Counted from the stretch's first letter, positions 19,070-28,928 are shown. The stretch is DNA of 64,000 bases from an uncultured Clostridia bacterium (GCA_947626145.1 CANQRB010000004.1:29250-93249); one strand, 5' to 3'. A program made the numbers and translations. The notes: generated by a model from the sequence alone, not told the origin.

Positions 19070-19744
19070 TTATGCCTGAGTCGCGGCGTCCGTCTTGACT
19101 CTGCGGAAGCGCACCAGACCCGTACGGTGAAGGGCAACCATTATTGCCGGGATAAGCACAAGTTGAAGTATTATTCCGGGGATGGCGTTAAGCACCGCAG
19201 TCTGCGCAGGACAAAAAACCTGAAAAGATGTCGATTTCGCCTGACTTTGTTGGTCTATGTTGCATGGCGATCCGCTTCTGTGCAAGCTCAAAGATTTCTT
19301 CGTCAATTAACGGCTCATGCGTATTAGGTAAGAAATAGCGTTGTTCTGCCTCTTTTTCGACTTATACGAAACCTTGTGTGTTTTCTCAGTGATGATATGC
19401 CCTAAATACTTTTACCGTGTCAGGATGTCAAACAGCGTTTTCTCCGGCCATGTGTAAGGAGCGATCAAGGCTTTCTGATGTCGCGCATTCCTCGTCCGCT
19501 CATAACGTAATGCACCGATTGTCAAAACCTTGTTGTCGTCAAGCCATCGCTGAATATCGCACATCTGAGTATCCTTCACATACATGACGAAAATCTGCTT
19601 GACTATGAGATGTATCCGTATGGATATTCCCCGTTGACGTGCTCGCCCTTTTGAGTCCGCGCCTGCTTTGCGGCTCGGTGGTTGTCGCTCGGCATATTCT
19701 CTCGGATATGTGTCATGGCACACCCGCCGTATGGCTCGGCGCAA
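19070..19744 (-). pseudogene. Low-confidence gene fragments: a C-terminal membrane-protein remnant at 19070-19306 and an unidentified remnant at 19412-19744, inside a 2.4-kb region with no intact long ORF
   Basis: Only short, mutually overlapping ORFs on both strands; mixed GC; no RBS-supported starts. Confidence 0.2.
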
Positions 19745-20366
19745 AAGGGATGTGTCCTTTGTTGCTGTTATGATGCCTCGCTGTTATCTTGCGGGCAAAT
19801 TTGTCGAGGTTCGTACAGATGGGGAGTATCGGAAAGGGGGATTTATGCGCCGCTCCAGGTCGTCGGGTCAGTTCACCTGAAAAGTCAGAATTTTTGTAAT
19901 GAGCTTCGTTTCCAGTCTGCTGATCTTCGTCTACGCACAAATGAGGATTGCCATACTCGTCGTTTTCGATGTACACTGTATGATCCAGAATACCGAAAGC
20001 CCTGTCCTCTTTGAAATAACTGTCTCAGACTGAAAGCTGATTCATTACTTCAACAGGAAATTCGACAAAGAAAATCGCCTGCCTGCACATGGCAGGCGGG
20101 CGAAACGGAACTAACAGAAGTATTTACGTGATTTATGTGTTCATCTTCCTCGGCAGGGTATCCCGCTTGCTGGGTCAGACTTCTTTTGAGCGAAGAACCA
20201 TTGCCGGAATTTGTCGATATGGAATAGGCTTCATGGCGGCTACCTCCTGTTAGCCGCCATACCTGTTAGCCTGCAGTTTCTTCCCTTGTATCAAGAGAAA
20301 TGGCAGCCTATGAAAAACAAGCATATAACCAAGAGCAGCAGTATATAGGCTCTGCGTCTATGCGTC

Positions 20367-20513
20367 TTACTCTTTTACAACCTCGATCCGTAGGTGTTCC
20401 TCGTTAATCAGCGTTTTGCGTTTGCATTTGGGACAATACAACGGAAAGTTCTCCAGAATGGTATCTTCCAGTATTTTAATTCGTGTTTTGCTTTTACAAA
20501 CAGGACACAACAC
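20367..20513 (-). CDS. Cys-rich KTR-type small zinc-ribbon protein (about 48 aa, non-ATG start GTG/TTG)
   Basis: Translation (M)LCPVCKSKTRIKILEDTILENFPLYCPKCKRKTLINEEHLRIEVVKE: two CPxCK motifs with the typical KTRxK spacing. Confidence 0.5.
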   Translation of the reverse strand: MLCPVCKSKTRIKILEDTILENFPLYCPKCKRKTLINEEHLRIEVVKE

Positions 20514-20716
20514 CAAAACGCTTTTATTTACTCCGATTCGAACTACTCCCTGCGAATTGCAATAAGTGTTTTAAACTATTACCCTCAACAAAGCACAACA
20601 ACCAGATATTTCCTGACGGCAATTTTTTGCGAAATGATTCCCGTAATTATCGTCGATGCATTGCTGTGAGCAGGTATTTATTTTGTAAAAAGTCGTTGCT
20701 GCCCGTATTTTAATTT

Positions 20717-21340
20717 TTACGATTTTTTGAACTTCGTTTTAAGCGCCTCAAAGTTTGCTTTCAGCTTGGCACGCTCAGCTTCCATTTTCTGCTTGCGTTC
20801 TGCGCTACGCTCAGCGTGCATCTTACGGCGAGCTTCGTCGGCAAGTTCTTTTTCTACGCGCATTGCTTCTTCTACCTCGTCCTGTACCAATGTAGCATCG
20901 CGTCGAAGAATCGTCGTTTGAAACTTATCGAACCGAAAATCCAGTGCATGATCTGTTTCCTCCTGCGCAAGGAGAAGAATCGCGACCTCACCGTCCTCCA
21001 GCTTTGATCCAACCGTTTCCAGCATTGTGTTGTTCCGATCCACATCATCAATGTCTTTGGCGCTTCCAATCAGATGACCTGTCATACCACCCAAAAGGAT
21101 GCCGAGAGGACCACCGAGAATTCCGATCAGACCGCCAATCAGACCGCCCGCGAGGGCGTCATCGCTGCTGTCCATGCCGCTTGTGAATGAGTCTATGGTG
21201 GAAATTATATTACCGTTTTTCTTTACAAGCGCCCCTTGCAATACGGTATATTGCGGCATAATTGGCTGCTTTTTGATTCCCATGTAGGCTTGATAGCCCT
21301 CGCTTTCCACATTGAACAAAATAGTTAAGACATTTTCCAT
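20717..21340 (-). CDS. Hypothetical protein with a glycine-zipper segment and a C-terminal charged coiled coil
   Basis: GGLIGGLIGILGGPLGILLGGMTGHLIG, then ERSAERKQKMEAERAKLKANFEALK. Confidence 0.5.
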   Translation of the reverse strand: MENVLTILFNVESEGYQAYMGIKKQPIMPQYTVLQGALVKKNGNIISTIDSFTSGMDSSDDALAGGLIGGLIGILGGPLGILLGGMTGHLIGSAKDIDDVDRNNTMLETVGSKLEDGEVAILLLAQEETDHALDFRFDKFQTTILRRDATLVQDEVEEAMRVEKELADEARRKMHAERSAERKQKMEAERAKLKANFEALKTKFKKS

Positions 21341-21538
21341 TCGTGAAACTTCCTTTCTTTTGTTGTTATTTTAATCACTAAATTGCTTTTGCCAATCTAT
21401 ACACGAAATCAATTATATTGCGCCTAAAAACTTTGTATATCGGTGTTTCGGGCAATAGGGGTAACCATTAACGGACGCCGCGTCATCTCGTATTTAATCG
21501 CAAGTTTTCCTCGATCAAAGAGAAACGTAATTGCCTTT

Positions 21539-21988
21539 TTATCTCCTGTTTGCTTTTTTCAGTTCCTTTTGGGCGGCTTTGATTTCCCGTTGCAGTTCGT
21601 CAAGTTCCTGTTCCAGTGCGTCGGCAATATAATCTCCGGTAATCACAGCGGCACGAATCATACAGGCGGTGCTTACAATGGCATCCTCCACCTCTTTTCC
21701 GAGTCCGAGGAGTTCCAGAGAACCTGTGCCGTTTTCATCGTACAGCACCACGTCCGGAATCCCGTTTTTATCCGTGTCTCCGAAGTACAGATTGAATTCT
21801 CCGTCGCCGGTGAGATCCACCGCCAGCGTGTCAATATCTCCGTCGCCGGTGGTATCAAGCAAAGCCAAATCCGCTTCTTTATCTCCGTCAATATCGATCA
21901 AAATCTCGTCTTTTCCACTGCGAAGCAGTGTCTTGTGCCAGTCGCGGTCAAATTTCATTTTAGTTTTCAATTTTCTGAGGGTTCCCAT
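21539..21988 (-). CDS. Hypothetical protein with Asp/Gly-rich calcium-binding-like repeats (DxDGD) and a C-terminal coiled coil
   Basis: DIDGDKEADLALLDTTGDGDIDTLAVDLTGDGEF...DTDKNGIPD resembles EF-hand/dockerin-like loops. Confidence 0.45.
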   Translation of the reverse strand: MGTLRKLKTKMKFDRDWHKTLLRSGKDEILIDIDGDKEADLALLDTTGDGDIDTLAVDLTGDGEFNLYFGDTDKNGIPDVVLYDENGTGSLELLGLGKEVEDAIVSTACMIRAAVITGDYIADALEQELDELQREIKAAQKELKKANRR

Positions 21989-22089
21989 AGGTCATTGCTC
22001 CTTTTCTTTTATTTTGGGCTTTTTCAGCCTTTTTTATAGGGTTATTCTGTCCGCAACACAAACAGGGGCTCTCTTTGCGGCATTTCTGG

Positions 22090-22401
22090 AGGGGATGATG
22101 CCGGCAATTTCTGACGCAACAAGCACCCCACCCCTGTGGTGGCCGGGTAGTGTTTAACTTCGAAATAAATCAATGAAATCATTAGTAATCTTATAACTTC
22201 TCCCTTGATTTATTCCGTTTCATCCGATCCCATTTTTGCAGCAGCCTCTTTATAGAAACATCCAAATATCCAATATAATTTTGCCACCGTAAAATCCGCT
22301 TATGATAGGGGCCTTCCTTTCCAAAAAACTTGTTGGATTGATACCGTCTCTGCCGCTTCTCACAAATCATGATAGCAGAGAAATCTAAACTGAAACGAAA
22401 C
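22090..22401 (-). pseudogene. Degenerate partial duplication scar: copies of the relQ-operon promoter motif, the GT8 3' end and the pgsA-like 5' end, fused and decayed
   Basis: 22300-22401 aligns to 24640-24725 (promoter/leader of the SAS gene). 22105-22290 aligns to 22830-23100 with indels. No intact ORF. Confidence 0.55.
22369..22401 (-). promoter_or_regulatory. Copy (a) of the shared promoter motif, in the degenerate duplicate: GTTTCGTTTCAGTTTAGATTTCTCTGC-TATCAT on the minus strand
   Basis: Matches the motif at 24693-24725, 28689-28721 and 31643-31676. Confidence 0.4.
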
Positions 22402-22414
22402 TGTCTTTTTTCTT

Positions 22415-22987
22415 TTATTTGTGCGGAACAGGATTGTTTTTACTCAAAATATGCTTATAGTATCGGATATAAAGGATGAGAGACATAATCATCAAACATC
22501 CGCTTATTAGAATTAGACCATTTGCTATTTTCAATGGGATATCGGGGAAAAGGATAAGCACAGATATAACAATATACAAAAAAACTGTGTTCAACTTTCC
22601 ATACCATTTTGCGCTGTTGACAGTATCTTTTCGTTTCAAAGCAAGATATCCAAGCGTGGCCATGCAGATTTCTTTTCCGATAAACAATACGATCAGAACA
22701 GACATCCACTTATACCGACTCGAAAGGCAGACAATAAGTACACATTGCGTCAATTTATCCGCTATGGGGTCTAATATCTTGCCAAGATCGGATACCATAT
22801 GGAACTTCCGTGCAATGATACCATCAGCAATGTCCGTAATTGCTGACGCGACAAGCACTCCTGTGGCTGCTTGGTAGTGTTTGACCCCGATATAAAGCCA
22901 TACGATCAGCGGGATCATCAGTAATCTTATAACGCTAAGCAAATTCGGTATGGTCAGGATTTGGTCTTTTTTGAATATCCTGTGCAT
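22415..22987 (-). CDS. CDP-alcohol phosphatidyltransferase family protein (PgsA-like)
   Basis: DIADGIIARK...GKILDPIADKL motif (D-G-x2-A-R...G-x3-D-x3-D) and multiple TM helices; RBS AGGGAGG. Confidence 0.8.
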   Translation of the reverse strand: MHRIFKKDQILTIPNLLSVIRLLMIPLIVWLYIGVKHYQAATGVLVASAITDIADGIIARKFHMVSDLGKILDPIADKLTQCVLIVCLSSRYKWMSVLIVLFIGKEICMATLGYLALKRKDTVNSAKWYGKLNTVFLYIVISVLILFPDIPLKIANGLILISGCLMIMSLILYIRYYKHILSKNNPVPHK

Positions 22988-23005
22988 TGAATATCCTCCC
23001 TTAAT

Positions 23006-23851
23006 CTATTCCGTTTCATCTGATCTCATTTTTGCAACAGCCTCTTTATAGAACACATCCAAATCTCCGATATAATTTTCTTTCCACGGTTTATTCCTTC
23101 CGCAGTAGTGAATTATAATGGAGTGCTTTCGTACCCAATTCAAATCAAGACTTTTTTCAAATGGACTGTGCACCCGATAAAGCCACTCTGTCATGTTATA
23201 TCGAAATGGGTCCAGCGTATAGATTTTGCTGCCATACAGGCTGCTGATAATGTCCTGATCCGGAAAGACAAGATGAGATTTTCTCTTTTCGATGAAGTGA
23301 AACACATCCGCATAGTCCTGCTCTTTCCGTAAAAGCGAGAGGTTCATGAGCAACACGCCGGAATTAATATATGGGCTGTTGTCATCCATATCCAGACGCA
23401 GTTCATTGAACTTATGGAGAAACCCAAGACTGTCAATGTGTGACGCTGCCGCATAATAGTATTCTTCCATCGAGGTCTGATACAGTGGAAGAATCGAACC
23501 ATTGAGAACAAGATCGGGGTCAAGATAGAGCACGCGGTCGAGAGTCTCCGGCAGATAGCGTGCAGCAAAAATACGGTAATAAATCTCTTGTGGATAGCGC
23601 GAAGTTGTTGGGGCCTCGTCAAGCGCCAAATAATCAGCCTTTATTGGGATCAGACATCCTCCTGCCTTAAAAAGCATTTTTTCGGTTGCTTTAAGCGCCT
23701 GCTTTGAAATTGAGGAATGAAGAAGATACACATGGAATACGCAGCCTGGGTTGGAGCGAATCAAGGTTGAAAGCATCACATTCAAATAGGGGATGTAGTT
23801 TTCATCCAAAGTAACAAGAATATTAATCGGATTTATCAATCCAGGATTCAT
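23006..23851 (-). CDS. Glycosyltransferase family 8 (GspA / LPS-galactosyltransferase-like)
   Basis: GT8 pattern NILVTLDENYIPYLNVMLSTL, DxD-like LDPDLV, YINSGVLLMNL. Strong RBS AGGGAGG before the internal ATG at 23851; the ORF-track start at 23899 lacks an SD. Confidence 0.8.
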   Translation of the reverse strand: MNPGLINPINILVTLDENYIPYLNVMLSTLIRSNPGCVFHVYLLHSSISKQALKATEKMLFKAGGCLIPIKADYLALDEAPTTSRYPQEIYYRIFAARYLPETLDRVLYLDPDLVLNGSILPLYQTSMEEYYYAAASHIDSLGFLHKFNELRLDMDDNSPYINSGVLLMNLSLLRKEQDYADVFHFIEKRKSHLVFPDQDIISSLYGSKIYTLDPFRYNMTEWLYRVHSPFEKSLDLNWVRKHSIIIHYCGRNKPWKENYIGDLDVFYKEAVAKMRSDETE

Positions 23852-23917
23852 TTTAATCCCTCCCTGTTTCTTATGTTGTATATAGTCTTCTTCACCCATT
23901 CACAAATCCTACCATTT

Positions 23918-24625
23918 CTATCGTGGTTTCAGAGTATTTTTATTTTGTTGGGTCTTTTTTAAGAGGTTATCCATTCTCCGATCAAGTTCCGCGCTGAGGT
24001 TTGCGCACTGATAAAGTTCCTCAGCCATTTCCGGGGTAAATGCAGAATCCTTTTTATAACGAAGCTGATGTTCAAGGCTGGCCCAGAAATCCATCGCTAT
24101 CGTGCGCAGCTGAATTTCTACTTTCATCATCCGTTTTTCATGTGCCAAAAAGATCGGAATTGCTACAATCAGATGCAGACTTCTATATCCGTTGGGTTTC
24201 GGGTTTTTTATGTAGTCCTTTTTTTCAATCAGGGTAATGTCATCCTGTATGAGCAATGCCTCTGACAGCGCATAAACATCGTCCGGAAATGAGCAGATTA
24301 CTCGAACACCGGCAATATCGTTTAGATTTTCTTCTATAGAGGAAAGTGTGGGCGGGATGCCCCGCCGCTCCAATTTTTCTTTTATGCTGCGGGGATTTTT
24401 CAGTCTGGTTTTGATACTGCTTATCGGATTACGGTCGAATTCCAAAGAATATTCTTCATTCAACACATTGAATTTTGTTTCAATCTCCATCATGGCACAT
24501 TTGTAATAGGACATCAGGCGGATAAAAGGTACAGATTTTCTCTGCATCCAGTCGATTGTCTGATCGTCCACAATAGAGAGCATTCGTGTTTTTATATTTT
24601 CATCCTCTTGATTCCATTCAGACAT
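23918..24625 (-). CDS. Small alarmone synthetase (RelA/SpoT-domain GTP pyrophosphokinase, RelQ/RelP/YwaC-like)
   Basis: Single-domain RelA_SpoT synthetase motifs (GVRVICSFPDDVY...YRSLHLIV...EIQLRT). The track start is TTG; the likely start is ATG 24625 with AAGGAAG RBS. Confidence 0.8.
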   Translation of the reverse strand: MSEWNQEDENIKTRMLSIVDDQTIDWMQRKSVPFIRLMSYYKCAMMEIETKFNVLNEEYSLEFDRNPISSIKTRLKNPRSIKEKLERRGIPPTLSSIEENLNDIAGVRVICSFPDDVYALSEALLIQDDITLIEKKDYIKNPKPNGYRSLHLIVAIPIFLAHEKRMMKVEIQLRTIAMDFWASLEHQLRYKKDSAFTPEMAEELYQCANLSAELDRRMDNLLKKTQQNKNTLKPR

Positions 24626-24692
24626 TCTGATCTTCCTTTCCAAAAAACAAAGCTTGTTGGATCAATACCGGCTCTGCCGCTTTTCGCAGGTA

Positions 24693-24725
24693 ATGATAGC
24701 AGAGAAAACTAAACTGAAACAAAAC
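24693..24725 (-). promoter_or_regulatory. Copy (b) of the shared promoter motif upstream of the SAS-GT8-PgsA operon: GTTTTGTTTCAGTTTAGTTTTCTCTGC-TATCAT on the minus strand
   Basis: Conserved TTTCnTTTCAGTTTAG block, then 8 nt, then a -10-like hexamer, at fixed spacing; 65-100 nt upstream of the start codon. Confidence 0.55.
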
Positions 24726-24726
24726 A

Positions 24727-24758
24727 ACGACGGACCCTTCGAAAAAGAAGAATCCGTC
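24727..24758 (-). terminator. Candidate terminator of the Hsp70 operon (gacggattcttctttttcgaagggtccgtc then TTGTTTTGTTT on the minus strand), abutting promoter motif (b)
   Basis: Nested hairpin followed by a T-rich tract in the minus-strand direction. Confidence 0.35.
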
Positions 24759-24818
24759 TGACCGCTTTACGGCGGAAGTAATAAACTAATTTTATAACCA
24801 TTTCGCAAGTTGACTGTA

Positions 24819-26588
24819 TCAAGCTGCAAGGCAGCGAGCGTTGGCGCTGGATTGCTCCAGCCGGTCAGATGCTGCTTTGATTGCAGCCATCTCACTTTCA
24901 GTTACGGTTTCCGGTTTATATTTGCCAAGCAACTTTCGTAATGCAGAACAGTCTTCTTTAATCTGCTTTTTTTCTTCTTTTTCAAGCTGCTTCCCAACTT
25001 TGTGCAATGCCTGTTCAGCTTCTGATAATACCTTCCCTGCGCGATTAACCATTTCTAAAGAGTTACGGCGAACACCATCCTGTGCCGCATACTGTTCCGC
25101 ATCGCGAATCGCCTGTTCAATCTCCGCATCGGACATTTTATCATTGTTCGAAATGGTAATAGACTGTGCTTTCCCCGTATCCAAATCTCTTGCGGACACT
25201 TTTAAAATTCCATTGGCATCAATGTCGAAAGTAACTTCAATCTGCGGCACTCCTGCGGGGGCTTTCTTAATTCCGTTAAGTTTGAATTTGCCGATGGTCT
25301 TATTATCGCGTGCCATTGGCCGTTCTCCTTGTAGAACATGAATTTCCACACTGCTTTGAAACGGTGCCGCGGTTGAAAAAATCTGTGAATAGTGAATGGG
25401 CAAAGTGGAATTTCTCTCCACAAGACGTGTTGCGACACCGCCTACTGTTTCAATAGAAAGGCTGAGAGGGGTAACATCCAAAAGAAGGATACCGTTTTCC
25501 GAACCGGCAATCTGCAGCGAACCGCCAGAAAGCGTGTCTCCCTGAATGGCGGCGCCCTGAGCAACACACTCATCCGGATTGATATTCTTTGACGGTATAA
25601 TACCGGTCAATTGACGCACTTTTTCCTGAACAGCGGGAATACGGGTTGCGCCTCCGACAAGGATGACCTTGCCAAGTTCGGATGGCGCAATACCAGCATC
25701 ATTCAAGGCGTTCTGTACCGGAATTGCTGTTCGATCCACAAGATCGCGGGTCAGCTCGTTGAATTTGGCACGGGTGAGGATAGTATCAAAGTGTATTATG
25801 CCGTCCTTTTCCTGGGCCAGGTACGGCAGGCTTATCATAGCGTTCTCTGAGCCGGACAGTTCCTTTTTTGCCTGTTCAGCCGCTTCACGCACACGCTGCA
25901 ATGCTACATAATCTTTTTTTACATCTGTATGATACTGCCTCTGAATTTCCGAAATCAAATACTCAGTGATACGCTCATCAAAGTCATCGCCGCCCAAATG
26001 GTTATCACCATTTGTTGCCAGAACTTCTATAACGCCGTCTCCAATCTCAATGATGGAAACATCAAAAGTACCGCCGCCAAGGTCATATACCATGACCTTT
26101 TGCTGTGTTCCGTTATCCAGCCCGTAAGCAAGCGCGGCGCTGGTTGGCTCATTAATAATCCGTTTTACATTTAAGCCTGCAATTCGCCCGGCATCTTTTG
26201 TGGCCTGTCGCTGAATATCGTTAAAATAAGCGGGTACAGTGATGACCGCGTCCGTCACTTCCTCTCCAAGAAAGGCTTCTGCATCCTTGCGCAGTTTTCG
26301 TAGAATCATTGCACTGATCTCCTGCGGCGTAAATCTTTTACCGTCAATATTGATAGTCCAATCCGTCCCCATGTGACGTTTCACAGACGAAACGGTTCGG
26401 GACGCATTAGTAACCGCCTGTCGTCTTGCCGTTTCACCCACTAACCGTTCACCGGATGCGGTAAAAGCAACAATGCTGGGAGTGGTTCTTCCGCCTTGTT
26501 CGCTTGGAATGATAACGGGTTTGCCGCCCTCTACAAAAGCGACGCAGCTATTCGTTGTTCCAAGATCAATACCGATTGTTTTTCCCAC
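24819..26588 (-). CDS. Hsp70-family chaperone, atypical (not in an hrcA-grpE-dnaK-dnaJ context); probable GTG start giving [12 protein letters not shown]
   Basis: Actin-like NBD motifs [13 protein letters not shown] and [12 protein letters not shown], an SBD and a C-terminal lid; RBS AAAGGATGG before GTG 26588. Confidence 0.85.
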   Translation of the reverse strand: MGKTIGIDLGTTNSCVAFVEGGKPVIIPSEQGGRTTPSIVAFTASGERLVGETARRQAVTNASRTVSSVKRHMGTDWTINIDGKRFTPQEISAMILRKLRKDAEAFLGEEVTDAVITVPAYFNDIQRQATKDAGRIAGLNVKRIINEPTSAALAYGLDNGTQQKVMVYDLGGGTFDVSIIEIGDGVIEVLATNGDNHLGGDDFDERITEYLISEIQRQYHTDVKKDYVALQRVREAAEQAKKELSGSENAMISLPYLAQEKDGIIHFDTILTRAKFNELTRDLVDRTAIPVQNALNDAGIAPSELGKVILVGGATRIPAVQEKVRQLTGIIPSKNINPDECVAQGAAIQGDTLSGGSLQIAGSENGILLLDVTPLSLSIETVGGVATRLVERNSTLPIHYSQIFSTAAPFQSSVEIHVLQGERPMARDNKTIGKFKLNGIKKAPAGVPQIEVTFDIDANGILKVSARDLDTGKAQSITISNNDKMSDAEIEQAIRDAEQYAAQDGVRRNSLEMVNRAGKVLSEAEQALHKVGKQLEKEEKKQIKEDCSALRKLLGKYKPETVTESEMAAIKAASDRLEQSSANARCLAA

Positions 26589-26605
26589 AGTAATTCCATC
26601 CTTTC

Positions 26606-27406
26606 CTACATACATCTAAGGCAGCCAAATGGGCCGCATAGGAATTGCATGGCTAAAAAGCCAAAACATATTTTTTGTATATTAGTGGCTTCCATATCGA
26701 AGCCTTTTGCATTTTGTTCATAGGTTTGCTCTGAACGGCGAAATTTTTGCAAAAGCAGATGATAGGTGCGATTATTCGGCTCCATTTGTGATGCTCTCTG
26801 CATATGGTCGATTGCCTGAACGGTGTTACCAAGACCATGATTGGCAAGAGCGCTTAAATAATACCACCTTGCACCTCGTCCTACGCTCGGTATACGGGTC
26901 AAAATCCAAATTGCCTCTTGATAGCGATGGTTATTGATTTCAGTAATGGCCTGCCTGATTTCCATATTGTCGCCCGGCTCAGGCTGCGGATTCATAAAAA
27001 CGGCATCATCATTGCCGTTCCGTTCAAATCCAAATCCAAAAATATTCCCAAAGTCAAAGCCGCCAAAATCGCTCGACCAGCCACCCGGACCTCGATAACC
27101 GCCAGAGCCGCCCTGCCTTTCATATCCGGTTCCACTATAACCGCCGTTTTGATTTTCCGTATATCCCCCATATTGCCTACTCTGTCCGTAAGATTGGCGC
27201 TGCTGTGCTCGCCTTGCCTCATACTTCTGCGGATTCATCAACATATCGTAGGCTTCATTCACCGCATTCATTTTTTGGCTCGCGGTCGGATCATCGGGAT
27301 GCAAGTCAGGATGATATTGCTTTGCCTTTTGACGATATGCTTTTTTTATTTCTTCTTTAGTCGCTCCTTTAGGAACGCCCAGAGTTTGATAAGGGTCATT
27401 GACCAT
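26606..27406 (-). CDS. J-domain protein (DnaJ-like N-terminus, Gly/Tyr-rich linker, TPR-like C-terminus)
   Basis: J-domain with HPD ([34 protein letters not shown]); lacks the DnaJ zinc-finger/CTD architecture. Confidence 0.8.
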   Translation of the reverse strand: MVNDPYQTLGVPKGATKEEIKKAYRQKAKQYHPDLHPDDPTASQKMNAVNEAYDMLMNPQKYEARRAQQRQSYGQSRQYGGYTENQNGGYSGTGYERQGGSGGYRGPGGWSSDFGGFDFGNIFGFGFERNGNDDAVFMNPQPEPGDNMEIRQAITEINNHRYQEAIWILTRIPSVGRGARWYYLSALANHGLGNTVQAIDHMQRASQMEPNNRTYHLLLQKFRRSEQTYEQNAKGFDMEATNIQKICFGFLAMQFLCGPFGCLRCM

Positions 27407-27409
27407 GGC

Positions 27410-28228
27410 TCACTTTTTCCTTTCCGTCTGCATTTGCCGGTTATATTTGATCCAAACGCCAGAATAAAGAATGTTCCTTAAAATGTGGGCGTCCTGGACA
27501 AGCGGCAGCGATTCAAAGGCTTCAGCAGCTTCTCCGAGAATGGTCTTCAGCATGGAGCGGATTTCTTCCTGACTCAGAGTGACAGAAGAAAAAGGATTAT
27601 AACTTCCTTTTTTCTGGTCATGCCTTAAATCAATCGCGGCATCGGCAAGATAGATATACTTTCCGATATGATAACCAAACTTCTGCAAACGCGGCATCCA
27701 GTGATCCGGCTCAACCACAAAAATCGTTGACATCAATCTGCCAAAGCTGTTGGCTGCCGCATCTGGAGAGGCGAAGCAGGATTTCTCAATTTCAGAGATT
27801 TCATTTATTTCCTTTTCGATGATCGAACACTGATCTTTTCTTGCTGCTCTGACTTCTTCATAAGCCTTTTTAAGCAGAGTGGCATAGCACTTGTGGGAGA
27901 TATTTCGATCATCGTTCCAGTCGTCAAGACATTTGAAGTATGTCAAGGCTATTGTCATATCGGCGGCATAGTCTATATATTTACCGGACAGATAATTATG
28001 TTTCTTGCATGGATGCACGGCACATCGCACCGCTTTGCTGGTTTCCTCCGGTTCATACAAGGATGATAAAAACATAGCCAAGAATGTCAGATCGTATGTC
28101 AGTCCCAATCGCGACCTAAATCCATACCTTTCCCCCAACGCATGACACAATCCGCAATAAAAGGCACGATACCGTTCTTTTTCTTCATCAGTAAGACCGG
28201 ATAAATTGGCCTGTATGATTCCAAACAT
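27410..28228 (-). CDS. Conserved hypothetical protein (Cys-containing; in my recollection the kind of DUF found next to non-canonical dnaJ/hsp70 genes in Clostridia)
   Basis: No recognisable catalytic motifs; tightly packed between the J-protein and Zn-ribbon genes (3-nt and 9-nt gaps). Confidence 0.55.
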   Translation of the reverse strand: MFGIIQANLSGLTDEEKERYRAFYCGLCHALGERYGFRSRLGLTYDLTFLAMFLSSLYEPEETSKAVRCAVHPCKKHNYLSGKYIDYAADMTIALTYFKCLDDWNDDRNISHKCYATLLKKAYEEVRAARKDQCSIIEKEINEISEIEKSCFASPDAAANSFGRLMSTIFVVEPDHWMPRLQKFGYHIGKYIYLADAAIDLRHDQKKGSYNPFSSVTLSQEEIRSMLKTILGEAAEAFESLPLVQDAHILRNILYSGVWIKYNRQMQTERKK

Positions 28229-28237
28229 AGTGCCACC

Positions 28238-28648
28238 TCATGTTTTGCGGGTTATTTTGCCTTTACATACCGGACAAGTGATTTCAATTTGCCCTTTTCC
28301 TTTCGGAACTCGTAGCCAACTTTTGCAGTTCGGACATTTATAATACCGATGCGTCTTTCGATCTCGCCACATATTTTTCCGACGTTTGAAACTCTGCTTC
28401 ACTTTGTCTGTATATTTCAAGAAAGTTTCCCGCTCCTTCTGTCGTTTTTCAAGATTGCGGGAAAAGCTGCGAAACATCGACCAAATCAACAGAATCATCG
28501 CAATCGGATATAGCAGAGGGACGAGCGGGGAAATGAGTACGAAAACCAGCACCGCAATCAATAGAAATTTGGAAAGCTCGTCATAGCCGTATCTTCCGTA
28601 CATCCATGCCTGCATTTTTTCTCCGAGCCTTTGCAACCATCGTTTCAT
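28238..28648 (-). CDS. Membrane-anchored zinc-ribbon protein
   Basis: One TM helix followed by CPNCKSW...CPVCKGK (two CxxC pairs). Confidence 0.6.
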   Translation of the reverse strand: MKRWLQRLGEKMQAWMYGRYGYDELSKFLLIAVLVFVLISPLVPLLYPIAMILLIWSMFRSFSRNLEKRQKERETFLKYTDKVKQSFKRRKNMWRDRKTHRYYKCPNCKSWLRVPKGKGQIEITCPVCKGKITRKT

Positions 28649-28688
28649 TTTCCGTTTCTCCTTTATCGGCTTACTCTTTTTACACCAA

Positions 28689-28721
28689 ATTTTACAGCAA
28701 GAATCTAAACTGAAACGAAAC
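28689..28721 (-). promoter_or_regulatory. Copy (c) of the shared promoter motif upstream of the ZnR-DUF-DnaJ-Hsp70 operon: GTTTCGTTTCAGTTTAGATTCTTGCTG-TAAAAT on the minus strand
   Basis: Same block and spacing as copies (b) and (d); the extended -10 TGTAAAAT lies about 40 nt upstream of the ATG. Confidence 0.55.
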
Positions 28722-28928
28722 TAAGGAAGAGCTTTCTTCCAGACTATTTTTTCGGTAAGTTCAGTTCTGATAGATTTACTGAATAGCCGCAGAAGTCATA
28801 GACCTACATAAAAAAGAACCTCCACAACGAAGGCTCTCACGGTAAATCTCATATTGGAAGCGGCAGTATGCCTCACAGCACACTGCCACTTTACGCTTCT
28901 CATGCTTAATTAAATGTCCCGCACTATT

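Noticed and set aside
21341-22040. Plus-strand ORFs 21443-22039 (198 aa) and 21669-22157 (162 aa)
   Set aside because: Antisense to the Asp/Gly-repeat protein gene, Ser/Phe-rich low complexity, no RBS.
24819-26615. Annotating the Hsp70 as canonical DnaK of the heat-shock operon
   Set aside because: Wrong genomic context: no hrcA/grpE, no CIRCE element, and a J-protein partner that lacks the DnaJ zinc finger. Called an atypical Hsp70 instead.
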